Shown here: piece after piece, positions 16,575 to 25,909 of the stretch
Layout of the letters: every line of letters begins with the position of its first letter
How positions within the stretch are numbered: position 1 is the stretch's first letter
Made by a program: the position numbers and the translations under genes
The notes under the pieces: generated by a model
Told to the model about the DNA's origin: nothing
What the model saw: the letters and a program-made list of their open reading frames with translations, nothing else
The model's database searches: none
DNA from: a virus
Taxonomy: Duplodnaviria > Caudoviricetes
Virus record (IMG/VR): IMGVR_UViG_3300039918_000012
Span: 1 to 38,324 of that record
Strand: one strand, 5' to 3'
DNA: 38,324 nucleotides

Positions 16575-17277
16575 TTCATGGCGTGATAGCAAGACTACAG
16601 CAGAGCGTGGATATGGGTACAAGTGGCAGAAGTATCGCTTAAAGTTCTTACAAAGCAATCCATTGTGCGTGTACTGCTTAGAGCAGGATAGAGTGACTGA
16701 GGCCAAGGTGGTCGATCATATTGAACCGCATCGTGGTGATCAGGATCTATTCTGGAATACAGACAACCACCAAAGCCTATGCATGTCCTGTCACTCATCT
16801 ATCAAGCAGCGTGAAGAAGCAGGGTCGAAGAACAGTACAGCATACGTGTTCATGCCTGACTGGTTAGAGCCAATACCTCGATTAACAATCGTGTTTGGCT
16901 GTGCAGGTTCGGGTAAGTCTACATGGGTAAAGGAACATGCCAAGCCTAATGATGTGGTACTCGACTTGGATGAGATGATTGCTGACATTGGTGGTAAGCC
17001 AATATACAAAGGCAATAAGCAAGACTTTGCACTGGCTGTTAGGAGGCGCAACAGCTTGCTGCTACAGATGTCTAAGCATAATCAGAGTGGCTATCTCATT
17101 CTTACAGGCTCAACTCCAGCACAGCGACGATGGTGGGTCTCTAAGCTTCAACCATCCTCAGTGCATATCATGGAGACATCCAAAGAAGAATGCATTGAAA
17201 GGATCGTGAATGATGAAAGAAGAACCATGTCAGTTAAACAGAAACAGATTCAATCGGTTGGTAAGTGGGAGATTTGA
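16498..17277 (+). CDS. Packaging-associated HNH endonuclease fused to a P-loop (AAA_33/kinase-like) domain
   Basis: RGYGYKW, PLCVYC, VVDHIEPHRGD...NHQSLCMSCH (HK97 gp74-like), then GCAGSGKST Walker A and VLDLD. Confidence 0.88.
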   Translation: MKLPRLQSKLQAMTPKAPRPIKQVSDSWRDSKTTAERGYGYKWQKYRLKFLQSNPLCVYCLEQDRVTEAKVVDHIEPHRGDQDLFWNTDNHQSLCMSCHSSIKQREEAGSKNSTAYVFMPDWLEPIPRLTIVFGCAGSGKSTWVKEHAKPNDVVLDLDEMIADIGGKPIYKGNKQDFALAVRRRNSLLLQMSKHNQSGYLILTGSTPAQRRWWVSKLQPSSVHIMETSKEECIERIVNDERRTMSVKQKQIQSVGKWEI

Positions 17278-17391
17278 TTTCCCGATGGTGGGGGGTAAAA
17301 GAATCTTAAAAAACGATTGAAAAATCCTGACCACCAGCCAACTCACTTATAAAAAAATTTCCCATTTCATAAATATGTTAAAGGGGGGTAC
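17278..17391. other. Probable cos region
   Basis: Non-coding gap with a G-run (GATGGTGGGGGG) between HNH and terS, the usual cos position in HK97-like phages; cut site not determinable. Confidence 0.4.
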
Positions 17392-17844
17392 ATGGCTTTA
17401 ACAGCAAAAAAGAAGGCGTTTGCCCAATCTAAACATGATGGTGCAGATAACAAGCAAGCCGCTATATTCGCGGGTTACAGTCCTGAATCAGCGTCACAAG
17501 CCGGATCGAGATTAGCTAAAGATCCCGATGTGATTGCACACATTGAAAGGCTCAAGATTAACACCGAAGTTAAAGCTGATTCCAAACCAGAACCACGACC
17601 AATTATCACCAAAAAAGACATTGAAACTGCTGGCAATCGTGCTGACCCGCTCAAATTTTTAGAAGAGATTTGGACTGATCCGGTTGAAGATATGAAGATG
17701 AGAATGGATGCAGCAAAAGCAGCCCTTCCATATTTCCATGGCAAAGTCGCTGAGAAAGGCAAGAAAGAAACCAAAGCCGATGAAGCCAAAAAAGCCACTC
17801 AAGGCGGAAAGTTTGGAACATTGGGTTCACAGTTGAGAAGTTGA
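17392..17844 (+). CDS. terS: Terminase small subunit
   Basis: N-terminal HTH QAAIFAGYS...AGSRL; RMDAAKAALPYFH; directly upstream of terL. Confidence 0.88.
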   Translation: MALTAKKKAFAQSKHDGADNKQAAIFAGYSPESASQAGSRLAKDPDVIAHIERLKINTEVKADSKPEPRPIITKKDIETAGNRADPLKFLEEIWTDPVEDMKMRMDAAKAALPYFHGKVAEKGKKETKADEAKKATQGGKFGTLGSQLRS

Positions 17845-17848
17845 TTTT

Positions 17849-19528
17849 ATGAATACGAAAACACCTGATTGGTCCACAGCGTGTCCCAATTGGGAGGAAC
17901 GTATTGTCGCTAAAAAGTCACTCATGCCATGTGAACCGCTTTTCCCAGAAGTGGCCGATGTAGCAGAGCGGATTTTTAAAGAATTAATCTTGGTTGATGT
18001 GATGGGTAGCCCAAAAATGGGTGAGGTCACACTTGATTGGGTGATTGAATTTGTCCGGGCAATCTTTGGTGCCTATGACCCAGAACAGAAGAAGCGTTTA
18101 ATTCGCGAATTCTTCTTGCTGATCTCTAAGAAAAATACCAAGTCCACGATTGCAGCCGGCATCATGATGGTGGCCTTGATCTTAAATGATCGTATGTCGG
18201 CTGAGCTTATTCTGTTGGCGCCCACAAAAGAGGTCGCGGACAATAGCTTTAATCCAATTCGAGACTTCATTCGAGCTGATCCTGAGCTTCAGGAAATGTT
18301 TAATGTCTCTGAGCACACCAAAACAGTCACCCACTTGGGCACCAATGCAACCTTAAAAGTGATTGCTGCTGAAAGCAATGCTGCTGCTGGTAAAAAGGCT
18401 TCAATCATTCTGATCGATGAGGTTTGGCTCTTTGGTAAGAGATCAAATGCTGAATCGATGTTTCGTGAAGCAAAAGGTGGTCTGGCATCACGACCAGAAG
18501 GTTGTGTTATCTACCTGTCTACCATGTCAGATGAAACACCATGCGGTGTATTTAAGCAGCTGCTGGACTATGCGCGTGATATTCGGGACGGTGTAAAGGT
18601 CAATCCTCAGTTCTTGCCGCTGATTTACGAGTTTCCTGAGTGGATGCTTGAGGCAGGTGAGCATTTAAAACCTGAAAACTTCTATGTCACCAATCCAAAC
18701 TTGGGTGCATCGGTTGATCTTGATTACCTGATTAACGAGTTTGAGAAGGTCAAGGATGCTGGCGAAGAATCGCTGCGTGACTTTCTTGCAAAACATTTAA
18801 ACGTACCAATTGGCCTAAACCTACGTGCCAACCGCTGGGCTGGTGCTGAATATTGGCTACAACAAGCCAGAGATACAATCACACTTGATCGACTAATTGA
18901 GAAATCAGAGTTAATTACACTTGGTTTGGATGGTGGGGGACTTGATGATCTTTTGGGGTTTAGTGCTCTTGGCAGGCTGAAGGGAAATTCTCGAATTTGG
19001 TGGCTATGGAACCATGCTTGGTGTAATAAAACCGCAGTCGAAAGACGCAAAGAGAACGCGCCAAAGTATGCTGATTATGAAAAAGAAGGCAGCTTAACCA
19101 TTGTTGAGCGTGTTGGTGATGACATTGACCAACTAGCAGCAATTGCAAAAAAGGTCTATGACTCGGGCAAGCTCGACAAGATTGGACTTGATCCGCTTGG
19201 TCTAGGCGGGCTTTTGGATGGCTTGCTCGATGCTGGTATTCCTGAAGATAAGCTCATTGCAGTAGCTCAGGGCTTTAAGTTGATGGGCTACATCCTCACT
19301 ACAGAACGAAAATTAGCTGAAGGCAATCTTTACCATGCTGGCCAAGGCTTAATGACTTGGTGTGTCGGCAATGCACGTGCAGTCATCAAGGGTAACGGCA
19401 TGATGATCAGCAAACAGGAATCGGGCGTCGGGAAGATTGACCCATTGATTGCTACGTTTAACGCGGTGGCCTTGATGTCGATGAATCCTGAACAGGCCGA
19501 AAAAGAATACAACGTCTTCTTTATTTAA
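17849..19528 (+). CDS. terL: Terminase large subunit
   Basis: ISKKNTKST Walker A variant, ILIDE Walker B, GLDGGGLDDL nuclease, KIDPLIA. Confidence 0.95.
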   Translation: MNTKTPDWSTACPNWEERIVAKKSLMPCEPLFPEVADVAERIFKELILVDVMGSPKMGEVTLDWVIEFVRAIFGAYDPEQKKRLIREFFLLISKKNTKSTIAAGIMMVALILNDRMSAELILLAPTKEVADNSFNPIRDFIRADPELQEMFNVSEHTKTVTHLGTNATLKVIAAESNAAAGKKASIILIDEVWLFGKRSNAESMFREAKGGLASRPEGCVIYLSTMSDETPCGVFKQLLDYARDIRDGVKVNPQFLPLIYEFPEWMLEAGEHLKPENFYVTNPNLGASVDLDYLINEFEKVKDAGEESLRDFLAKHLNVPIGLNLRANRWAGAEYWLQQARDTITLDRLIEKSELITLGLDGGGLDDLLGFSALGRLKGNSRIWWLWNHAWCNKTAVERRKENAPKYADYEKEGSLTIVERVGDDIDQLAAIAKKVYDSGKLDKIGLDPLGLGGLLDGLLDAGIPEDKLIAVAQGFKLMGYILTTERKLAEGNLYHAGQGLMTWCVGNARAVIKGNGMMISKQESGVGKIDPLIATFNAVALMSMNPEQAEKEYNVFFI

Positions 19529-19542
19529 TTTATTCACTTTCC

Positions 19543-19569
19543 AAAGCTCGCATTAAGCGGGCTTTTTTT
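19543..19569 (+). terminator. Intrinsic terminator
   Basis: AAAGCTCGC-ATTAA-GCGGGCTTT followed by a T-tract. Confidence 0.65.
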
Positions 19570-19583
19570 ATTGGGAGAGCCTT

Positions 19584-20174
19584 ATGTCTGCTCTACATAA
19601 AACGTTTGGCTCAGTCCAAATTAAGAGCCTTGATGAAGAAAAGCGAACCTTTACCGGTATCGCAAGCACACCAAATCAAGATCGCGCGAAAGATGTGATG
19701 GTGCCTAAAGGTGCAAATTTTGAAGTACCTATGCCTTTGTTGTTTCACCATGACCCAACAAAAGCAATTGGTCAGGTGACAAGCGCAAAAGTCACAGCAA
19801 ATGGCATTGAAGTCGAAATCCATATCCCTGAAATCGAAGAACCGGGTGTCTTGAAAGACCGTGTGGATGAGGCATATCAATCGCTGAAATACGACTTGGT
19901 TAAAGGTTTATCGGTTGGCTTTATCCCAAATTGGGATGAGGCGGAAATGATCAAGGGTGGTGGCATCCAGTTCAACCAATGGGAATGGTATGAACTCAGC
20001 CTAGTTACAATCCCTTGTAACCGCGAAAGCTCTACAGAATTTTCAAAAGCATTTGAGGAACACAAAGCCGCGTTGGGCAAAAAACCTCAAGACGTTCCAG
20101 ATGGCGCTTCATCTGAACAAAAACACGTTGTCGTAAAACTTAATAGCCCAACAAAGGGTGGAGTAAAACTATGA
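19584..20174 (+). CDS. HK97-family prohead protease
   Basis: PLLFHHD, GLSVGF catalytic Ser, ELSLVTIPCN. Confidence 0.92.
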   Translation: MSALHKTFGSVQIKSLDEEKRTFTGIASTPNQDRAKDVMVPKGANFEVPMPLLFHHDPTKAIGQVTSAKVTANGIEVEIHIPEIEEPGVLKDRVDEAYQSLKYDLVKGLSVGFIPNWDEAEMIKGGGIQFNQWEWYELSLVTIPCNRESSTEFSKAFEEHKAALGKKPQDVPDGASSEQKHVVVKLNSPTKGGVKL

Positions 20175-21499
20175 ACAAGTATTTAAAGCAATTACTTGAT
20201 GCACTTGCTGCAAAAAACATTGAGCTGCAAGGTCTCATGACTAAATCTTTGGATGCTGGTCAAACGCCTGATGAAGAAACAGAAAAGGCAATTCAAGCGG
20301 TTGAATTGGAAGTTGCTGCAATTGAAAAGAACATTGAGCGCGTTAAAAAGCAAATTGCTGCTGCCGCTGAAGCTGCGAAAAGCGCAACACCTGTTGCTGG
20401 TGAGAATCCTAAACAAGCCAAGAAATCCGCTGAAGGTGATCCTGACCCAAAAGCTGATCCAAAGATTATCGTGAAATCTAATCTGCCTAAAGGTATTGGC
20501 TTCGCGCAATACGCACAAGCAAAGCTGATTTCTCAGTTAAATGCTAAAGAGGGGCGTTTTGAATCTCCTTTAGAAGTTGCAAAACAGATGGGGTTCAGTG
20601 AAGAGGTTCAGGACTTAATCACCAAAGCGACACTCGGAACAACCACAAACAGCGGTTTTGCTGCAACATTGGTGCATGAAAACCATCTTGTAGGTGAGTT
20701 TGTAGAGTTGTTACGTCAGGCAACCGTATTTGAACAATTGAATGGGTTCCGTGCAGTACCGTTTAACTCAAAAATCCCAAGCCAATTAACAGGTGGCACT
20801 GCTGCTTGGGTGGGTGAAGGTGCGGCTAAGCCATTAACCAACCCGACCTATGGCGAAGTGGAAATTAAAGAACACAAGCTTGCAGCGATTACTGTTTATA
20901 CGCATGAATTAATGCGACGTTCGGACCCGTCTGTAAGCGTGTTGGTTCGTGATGACCTAATTGCTGCAAGCGCAATTCTCGTTGACAGCACATTCCTTGA
21001 TGCAGCAGCAGCCTCTGCGACTCGTCCAGCAGGTGTTTTAAATGGTGTTGTAGCAACCCCGAACACAGGTACAACTGCAGCAGCGTACGAAGCCGACCTT
21101 CTTGCTTTGATCAACACGTTTGTTGCAGCAAATTTATCGCTTGATGGTTCGTACTTCCTAATGTCTGAAACACGTGCTGCACAAATTAGCTTGCTACGTG
21201 ATGCGCTTGGCAATAGCTATTTCGCAGGCATGGCGCTTCGCGGCACTCGTACATTAATGGGTATTCCAGTCATCACATCGCAGGCGGTAGGCGACAAGAT
21301 TATTCTTGTTAAGACTTCTGAAATTCTACTTGCTCAAGATGGTGGTGTGGATGTGTCTTACTCTGACCAAGCAACCTTGGTGGATGGTGGTACGACTCAC
21401 CATTTATGGCAAGAAAACAAATTTGCTGTACGTGTTGAGAAATTCATCACTTGGGCAAAACGTCGTCCGATTGCTGCAGCATATCTTGATTACGCATAA
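20171..21499 (+). CDS. HK97-fold major capsid protein with N-terminal delta (scaffold) domain
   Basis: Coiled-coil N-terminus, AAWVGEGAAKP, TLMGIPVITS, LWQEN. Confidence 0.93.
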   Translation: MNKYLKQLLDALAAKNIELQGLMTKSLDAGQTPDEETEKAIQAVELEVAAIEKNIERVKKQIAAAAEAAKSATPVAGENPKQAKKSAEGDPDPKADPKIIVKSNLPKGIGFAQYAQAKLISQLNAKEGRFESPLEVAKQMGFSEEVQDLITKATLGTTTNSGFAATLVHENHLVGEFVELLRQATVFEQLNGFRAVPFNSKIPSQLTGGTAAWVGEGAAKPLTNPTYGEVEIKEHKLAAITVYTHELMRRSDPSVSVLVRDDLIAASAILVDSTFLDAAAASATRPAGVLNGVVATPNTGTTAAAYEADLLALINTFVAANLSLDGSYFLMSETRAAQISLLRDALGNSYFAGMALRGTRTLMGIPVITSQAVGDKIILVKTSEILLAQDGGVDVSYSDQATLVDGGTTHHLWQENKFAVRVEKFITWAKRRPIAAAYLDYA

Positions 21500-21515
21500 G
21501 GTGGTTAATCGACCG

Positions 21516-21543
21516 AAAACAGCTCCTTAATGGGGCTGTTTTT
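21516..21543 (+). terminator. Intrinsic terminator after capsid gene
   Basis: AAAACAGCTCC-TTAAT-GGGGCTGTTTT hairpin. Confidence 0.7.
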
Positions 21544-21583
21544 ATATCTAAGCATCACAATTGTTTAGCTATAGGAACAGTCT

Positions 21584-21751
21584 ATGAAAGTTAAATATTT
21601 AAAGGTTATGCACAATGCCAATGTTGGTGATGTGCTTGAAGTTACCGAATTTGAAGCAAACATTTTGATTAAAACGGGTGTAGCGGAAGCTTACGAAGAA
21701 CCTAAAAAGACAACTCGCAAGACCAAAACAGACACTACTGAGCAAGAATAA
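21584..21751 (+). CDS. 55-aa head-region protein (MKVKYLK...GDVLEVTEFEANILIKTGVAEAY)
   Basis: AGGA RBS; GD-x-LEV...A..LI..G.A pattern of small post-capsid proteins. Confidence 0.65.
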   Translation: MKVKYLKVMHNANVGDVLEVTEFEANILIKTGVAEAYEEPKKTTRKTKTDTTEQE

Positions 21752-21761
21752 GGCGGTTTAA

Positions 21762-23195
21762 ATGGGCATTTTTGACAGACTTTTCCGTAAAAAATCACTG
21801 CAAAGTGTCCATTCAAACCAAGGGTGGACATCTTTGTTTGTGCAAGAGCCATATTCAGGTGCTTGGCAAAAGAATGATGAATTAACACGTGAAGACATGA
21901 CTGCACACCATGCAGTATTTACTTGTGTTTCCCTTATCTCTCAAGATATTGGCAAAATGCCAATCCAATTAAAAAAGCAGCAAAAAGGCGTTTTGGTTCG
22001 CACAGAAATACCGAGCAAATTTCGGGTGCTCAATAAACCAAACCGCTTTCAAATTTGGCAGCAATTCAGCGAACACTGGACAACTTCATTGCTCTTGCGC
22101 GGCAATACTTATGTGTTAAAGCGTCGTGATATTTTTGGTGAAGTCACTGAGTTGGTTGTGCTTAATCCTGATCTATGCAAGCCACTGATTGATGATAATG
22201 GAAATGTGTTTTATCAACTCGGGCAAGATCGGTTAAATCAAACTGACCCAGTAATCGTGCCTGCATCTGAAATTATTCACGACCGTATCAATTGTTTTTA
22301 CCATCCTTTGGTTGGACTTTCCCCGATTACGGCATGCGCACTGGCGGCAGGGCAAGGTATTGAGATTCAAAAACACTCTCGCAGCCTTTTTAGAAACAAC
22401 AGCCGACCTGCGGGTGTGCTGACTGCACCAGGGGCGATTCCTAGAGAGAAAGCGGAAGAACTGCAAAGCCGATGGAATGCAAATTACTCGGGTGCAAACG
22501 TGGGTAAAACAGCGGTACTCGGCGACGGGATGTCTTTTCAAACAATCGCAATTTCAGCAATTGACGCTCAGCTAATCGAGCAATTGGAAATGACGGCCAA
22601 AATCATCTGTTCAGTTTTTCACGTGCCACCTTTCAAGATTGGATTGGCTCAGGTACCGAACGGAAAAGTATCAGAACATAACGAGATTTATTACTCGGAT
22701 TGTTTGCAGAGCTATATTGAATCGCGCGAAAACTTACTGGACGACGGCTTGCAGCTTAAAGCAAGTGGTGTTGAAGCGTTTTTAGATTTAGATGTGCTAA
22801 TCCGCATGGATTCAACATCATTGATGGCCCATTTAAAAGATGGTGTTGGCGCAGGTTTAATTGCACCAAACGAAGGGCGTGCAAGACTTGGATATTTACC
22901 AGTTGAAGGTGGCGACTCACCAATGATTCAACAGCAAAACTTCTCACTTGCAGCACTTGCCAAGCGTGATGCGCAGGATGATCCATTCGGGAAGTCTGCA
23001 TCAAATACACCTCAAAATACCGATAATTCAGACCAAAAAGGCCAGTATCAAGGTGTTTTTAAGGCTGAAAATCAGTATGAAAAAGGCTGTTTTGTGACGC
23101 ATAAAGGCTCATTATGGCACTGCGAAAAGGATCATTCAGGCGAGTTTAGCCATGAAAACTTTAAATTGGCGCAAAAGAAATGGGGTGAAGAATGA
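21762..23195 (+). CDS. HK97-family portal protein with extra C-terminal domain
   Basis: LLLRGNTY, EIIHDR, GLSPI, ICSVFHVPP, PNEGRARLGYLPVEGGD. Confidence 0.93.
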   Translation: MGIFDRLFRKKSLQSVHSNQGWTSLFVQEPYSGAWQKNDELTREDMTAHHAVFTCVSLISQDIGKMPIQLKKQQKGVLVRTEIPSKFRVLNKPNRFQIWQQFSEHWTTSLLLRGNTYVLKRRDIFGEVTELVVLNPDLCKPLIDDNGNVFYQLGQDRLNQTDPVIVPASEIIHDRINCFYHPLVGLSPITACALAAGQGIEIQKHSRSLFRNNSRPAGVLTAPGAIPREKAEELQSRWNANYSGANVGKTAVLGDGMSFQTIAISAIDAQLIEQLEMTAKIICSVFHVPPFKIGLAQVPNGKVSEHNEIYYSDCLQSYIESRENLLDDGLQLKASGVEAFLDLDVLIRMDSTSLMAHLKDGVGAGLIAPNEGRARLGYLPVEGGDSPMIQQQNFSLAALAKRDAQDDPFGKSASNTPQNTDNSDQKGQYQGVFKAENQYEKGCFVTHKGSLWHCEKDHSGEFSHENFKLAQKKWGEE

Positions 23196-23482
23196 GTATT
23201 GTAAGTCTTGAAACCCTGAAAGAGCATTTGCGCTATGACGATGATTCAAATGACACAATGCTACAAGGCTATTTGGATGCAGCGGACTCAGCGGTGTTGA
23301 ATTACATCACTGATGAGTTTGAATCTGATTATCCCAAAGCAATTCACCAAGCAATCTTATTACTGTGTGGGTATTGGGACCAGTACCGCAATGCTGAGCA
23401 GGAAGCGCCAGTAAACGGTAACTTTCTGCCGATGCCTGTACAAAGCCTGCTTTATCCATATCGTAAGCCTACAGCGATTTGA
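23192..23482 (+). CDS. Head-tail connector (HK97 gp6-like)
   Basis: LETLKEHLRYD...AVLNY...QAILLL...LLYPYR. Confidence 0.88.
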   Translation: MSIVSLETLKEHLRYDDDSNDTMLQGYLDAADSAVLNYITDEFESDYPKAIHQAILLLCGYWDQYRNAEQEAPVNGNFLPMPVQSLLYPYRKPTAI

Positions 23483-23490
23483 GGTGATAT

Positions 23491-23820
23491 ATGACCCAAC
23501 GTGCAGGCGAACTATGCCACCGTGTAACGATTCAGCATAAAACCGCAACCTATGATGAATACAACTATGAAACCGAAGCTTGGACCGAATACAAAAAACT
23601 TTGGTCGAAATTAGAATTCCTTTCTGTGAAAGATAGCTTAAATGCCAAAGCCGCAGGATCAGAAACCACAGCTCGATTAAAACTGCGCAAACGTGATGAT
23701 ATTGACTCTAGTATGCGTGTTTTATTTGACGGTCAAACATTCCAGATCATTTCACCACCTAAACCCGACAATGAAAACGGTCGAATTTATATGACGCTGG
23801 AGTTGTCGCTAGTGGAGTAA
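23491..23820 (+). CDS. Head closure protein (SPP1 gp16-like)
   Basis: AGELCHRVTIQ, IDSSMRV; position. Confidence 0.85.
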   Translation: MTQRAGELCHRVTIQHKTATYDEYNYETEAWTEYKKLWSKLEFLSVKDSLNAKAAGSETTARLKLRKRDDIDSSMRVLFDGQTFQIISPPKPDNENGRIYMTLELSLVE

Positions 23821-23823
23821 GCC

Positions 23824-24282
23824 ATGTCAGTAGAATTCAATATTGAAGGCTTGGATGAAGTCCATGAAAAGCTTGAAAGACTGGCAAATCCACGCCTAAT
23901 AAAGAATGCTGCAAGGCGTTCTGCTCGTAAAGCTATGGCGATTGTTCGTGATGCAGCAAGGGCTAATGCTAAAGCTCTGGATGATCCAGAAACAGCCGAA
24001 AAGATTTGGAAAAACATTGCGATTGCCGCAGGGAAAACACGAAACCCAAACGAAATAAAAATGCGTGTCGGTGTGCGTGGTGGTGCGTCATTTTCTAATC
24101 CAAATCCACCTAACACAAGTGGCGGTGACACCCGATATTGGCGTTGGATAGAGTTTGGGGCTTCACACTTTCCGCCAACTCCATTCATGCGCCCAGCACT
24201 GCAAAACAACATCCAAGCCGTAACCAATAGCTTTGCTGAAAACTTCAATAAAGAAATCGACAAGGAACTCGATAGATTATGA
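23824..24282 (+). CDS. HK97 gp10-like tail completion protein
   Basis: IEGLDE, YWRWIEFGASHFPPTPFMRPAL. Confidence 0.88.
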   Translation: MSVEFNIEGLDEVHEKLERLANPRLIKNAARRSARKAMAIVRDAARANAKALDDPETAEKIWKNIAIAAGKTRNPNEIKMRVGVRGGASFSNPNPPNTSGGDTRYWRWIEFGASHFPPTPFMRPALQNNIQAVTNSFAENFNKEIDKELDRL

Positions 24283-24650
24283 ACATTTTGCCTGTAGTTC
24301 CAACACTGAAATTGGCTTCAGCGGTCACAGCATTGCTCGGCACCAACCCTTTAAGAGTATTTGAAGATATTGCGCCACATAAAACGCCATATCCCTATGC
24401 AATTTGGTCAGTAGTCACTGCCAACCCTGAAAACCACTTGGATTGCCCAGCTAATATCGACCATGTGTCATTCCAAATAGTGGTTTACGACACCCAGCAG
24501 AAAAGAGCATCGGATATTCGAGCTGCAATACGAGAAGCTTTAGAGCCACACTGCTACGTTACCAATATTCACCCAAACCATTTTGAGCGCATTGCCGATA
24601 CCAATATTTTTGGGCGCGGCTTTGATGCGAATTGGTTTTTAGATCGCTAA
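24279..24650 (+). CDS. Tail terminator (DUF3168-like)
   Basis: RVFEDIAP...PYAIW...FQIVVY; position before tail tube. Confidence 0.78.
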   Translation: MNILPVVPTLKLASAVTALLGTNPLRVFEDIAPHKTPYPYAIWSVVTANPENHLDCPANIDHVSFQIVVYDTQQKRASDIRAAIREALEPHCYVTNIHPNHFERIADTNIFGRGFDANWFLDR

Positions 24651-24670
24651 ACAAATTTATTTTTCCACAT

Positions 24671-24694
24671 AGCACCCAAACGGGTGCTTTTTTT
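24671..24694 (+). terminator. Intrinsic terminator-like hairpin
   Basis: AGCACCC-AAAC-GGGTGCT followed by a T-tract. Confidence 0.6.
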
Positions 24695-24721
24695 ATGCCT
24701 AAAATTGAGGAGTAGCTACTC

Positions 24722-25192
24722 ATGGCGCGTATTAAATCAAACGGCACACAGATTTTTGCTGTAGTCGATGGTGCAGTGGTTCGTTTCACTTGCCCGAAAG
24801 CATTTTCATTCGGAGAGGACTCATTCTCCAAGATTGACTCAACCTGCTTGGACTCAGATACAAAAGACTATGAACGTGGTCTTCGTGATCCGGGCGAAGG
24901 CTCTATTCAAATTGATCTTGACGATACAAACACAAGCCATTTAAAACTAATTGAGCTTGCTGATTCAGGGGAAAAAGTACAGTGGTATGTTGGTTCAAGT
25001 CACTCAACTTCCGCACCTACTTATGAGGCTGTTGCAGGTATTGACTTGCCAGAAGATCGTATTTGGTGGTCGTTTGAAGGATATATCAACCCAGCCGCAC
25101 CAACAATTGAACAAGATGCGCTGGTTGGCTATACGTTCACACTTGTTCGTACTTCAGCAGTTGTAACAACTCCACGAGTGGTGACTCCATAA
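24722..25192 (+). CDS. Tail tube (major tail) protein
   Basis: IDSTCLDS...YERGLRDPG pattern; strong GAGGAG RBS. Confidence 0.85.
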   Translation: MARIKSNGTQIFAVVDGAVVRFTCPKAFSFGEDSFSKIDSTCLDSDTKDYERGLRDPGEGSIQIDLDDTNTSHLKLIELADSGEKVQWYVGSSHSTSAPTYEAVAGIDLPEDRIWWSFEGYINPAAPTIEQDALVGYTFTLVRTSAVVTTPRVVTP

Positions 25193-25533
25193 TGGCTAAA
25201 TTAAATCTAAATGAAATCATCCAAGGCTCTTTGGTAAATTCAACCCATCCAAAGACTATTGAATTTAAGCATAATGGGAAAACTGAAACAGTCGATATTG
25301 TGATTAAGCAGCTACCTTATGCTGTGACTGAGCCACTATTTACTCGCTTAAATAAGGGTGAAGATGTTGTTGCTGATTGGATTGCTGCCGCCTTGGTGGA
25401 TGATGATGGGAAAACCTACTTAACCAAAAAACAGGTTGCTGCCAACTTCACTCAAGCTCTTGCTGCTGCTGTGTTCAATACAATTCTAGGTATCGAAAAA
25501 GCCCCGCAAGATGATGAGGGAAAGTCCGATTAA
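25192..25533 (+). CDS. Tail assembly chaperone (gpG equivalent)
   Basis: Between tail tube and tape measure; ends EGKSD at a slippery site. Confidence 0.85.
   Translation: MAKLNLNEIIQGSLVNSTHPKTIEFKHNGKTETVDIVIKQLPYAVTEPLFTRLNKGEDVVADWIAAALVDDDGKTYLTKKQVAANFTQALAAAVFNTILGIEKAPQDDEGKSD
25518..25524 (+). promoter_or_regulatory. Programmed -1 ribosomal frameshift site G GGA AAG
   Basis: Same heptamer as lambda G/GT; the -1 frame is open (GKVRLTPNDEFWCELVLNG...) to 25832. Confidence 0.88.
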
Positions 25534-25832
25534 CGCCAAATGATGAATTCTGGTGTGAATTGGTTCTTAATGGGATTGGTGGTTGCACAATCGCTGAAGC
25601 TAAATCCAATATGACTAATGCTGAGGTTTCGCAATGGGTTGCGTTTAGAAATAAGCGCGGCTCTTTTTTTACTGGAAGGCGTATAGAACAAGGCTTTGGT
25701 AATTTGATAGCGACCTATCTTGGTTCAAAAGGCGCCAAGGATGTAAAAGCACGGTCATTTATGCCGCATGAAGATCAGCCACAGGAATTGTCGCTTGAGG
25801 AATACATGATGCAGGCATACGGAGGCGAGTAA
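25518..25832 (+). CDS. C-terminal part of the frameshifted tail chaperone (gpGT equivalent)
   Basis: In frame with ORF 25560..25832; reached by the -1 shift. Confidence 0.82.
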   Translation, partial: GKVRLTPNDEFWCELVLNGIGGCTIAEAKSNMTNAEVSQWVAFRNKRGSFFTGRRIEQGFGNLIATYLGSKGAKDVKARSFMPHEDQPQELSLEEYMMQAYGGE

Positions 25833-25859
25833 GGCTGATTACGGTCAGCCTTTCTTTTT
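25831..25859 (+). terminator. Intrinsic terminator before the morons
   Basis: AAGGCTGA-TTACGG-TCAGCCTT followed by a T-tract. Confidence 0.6.
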
Positions 25860-25909
25860 ATCCTAATAATTAGTATCTTGTCCTGAATAACAAATATTTG
25901 GGGTTGGGT

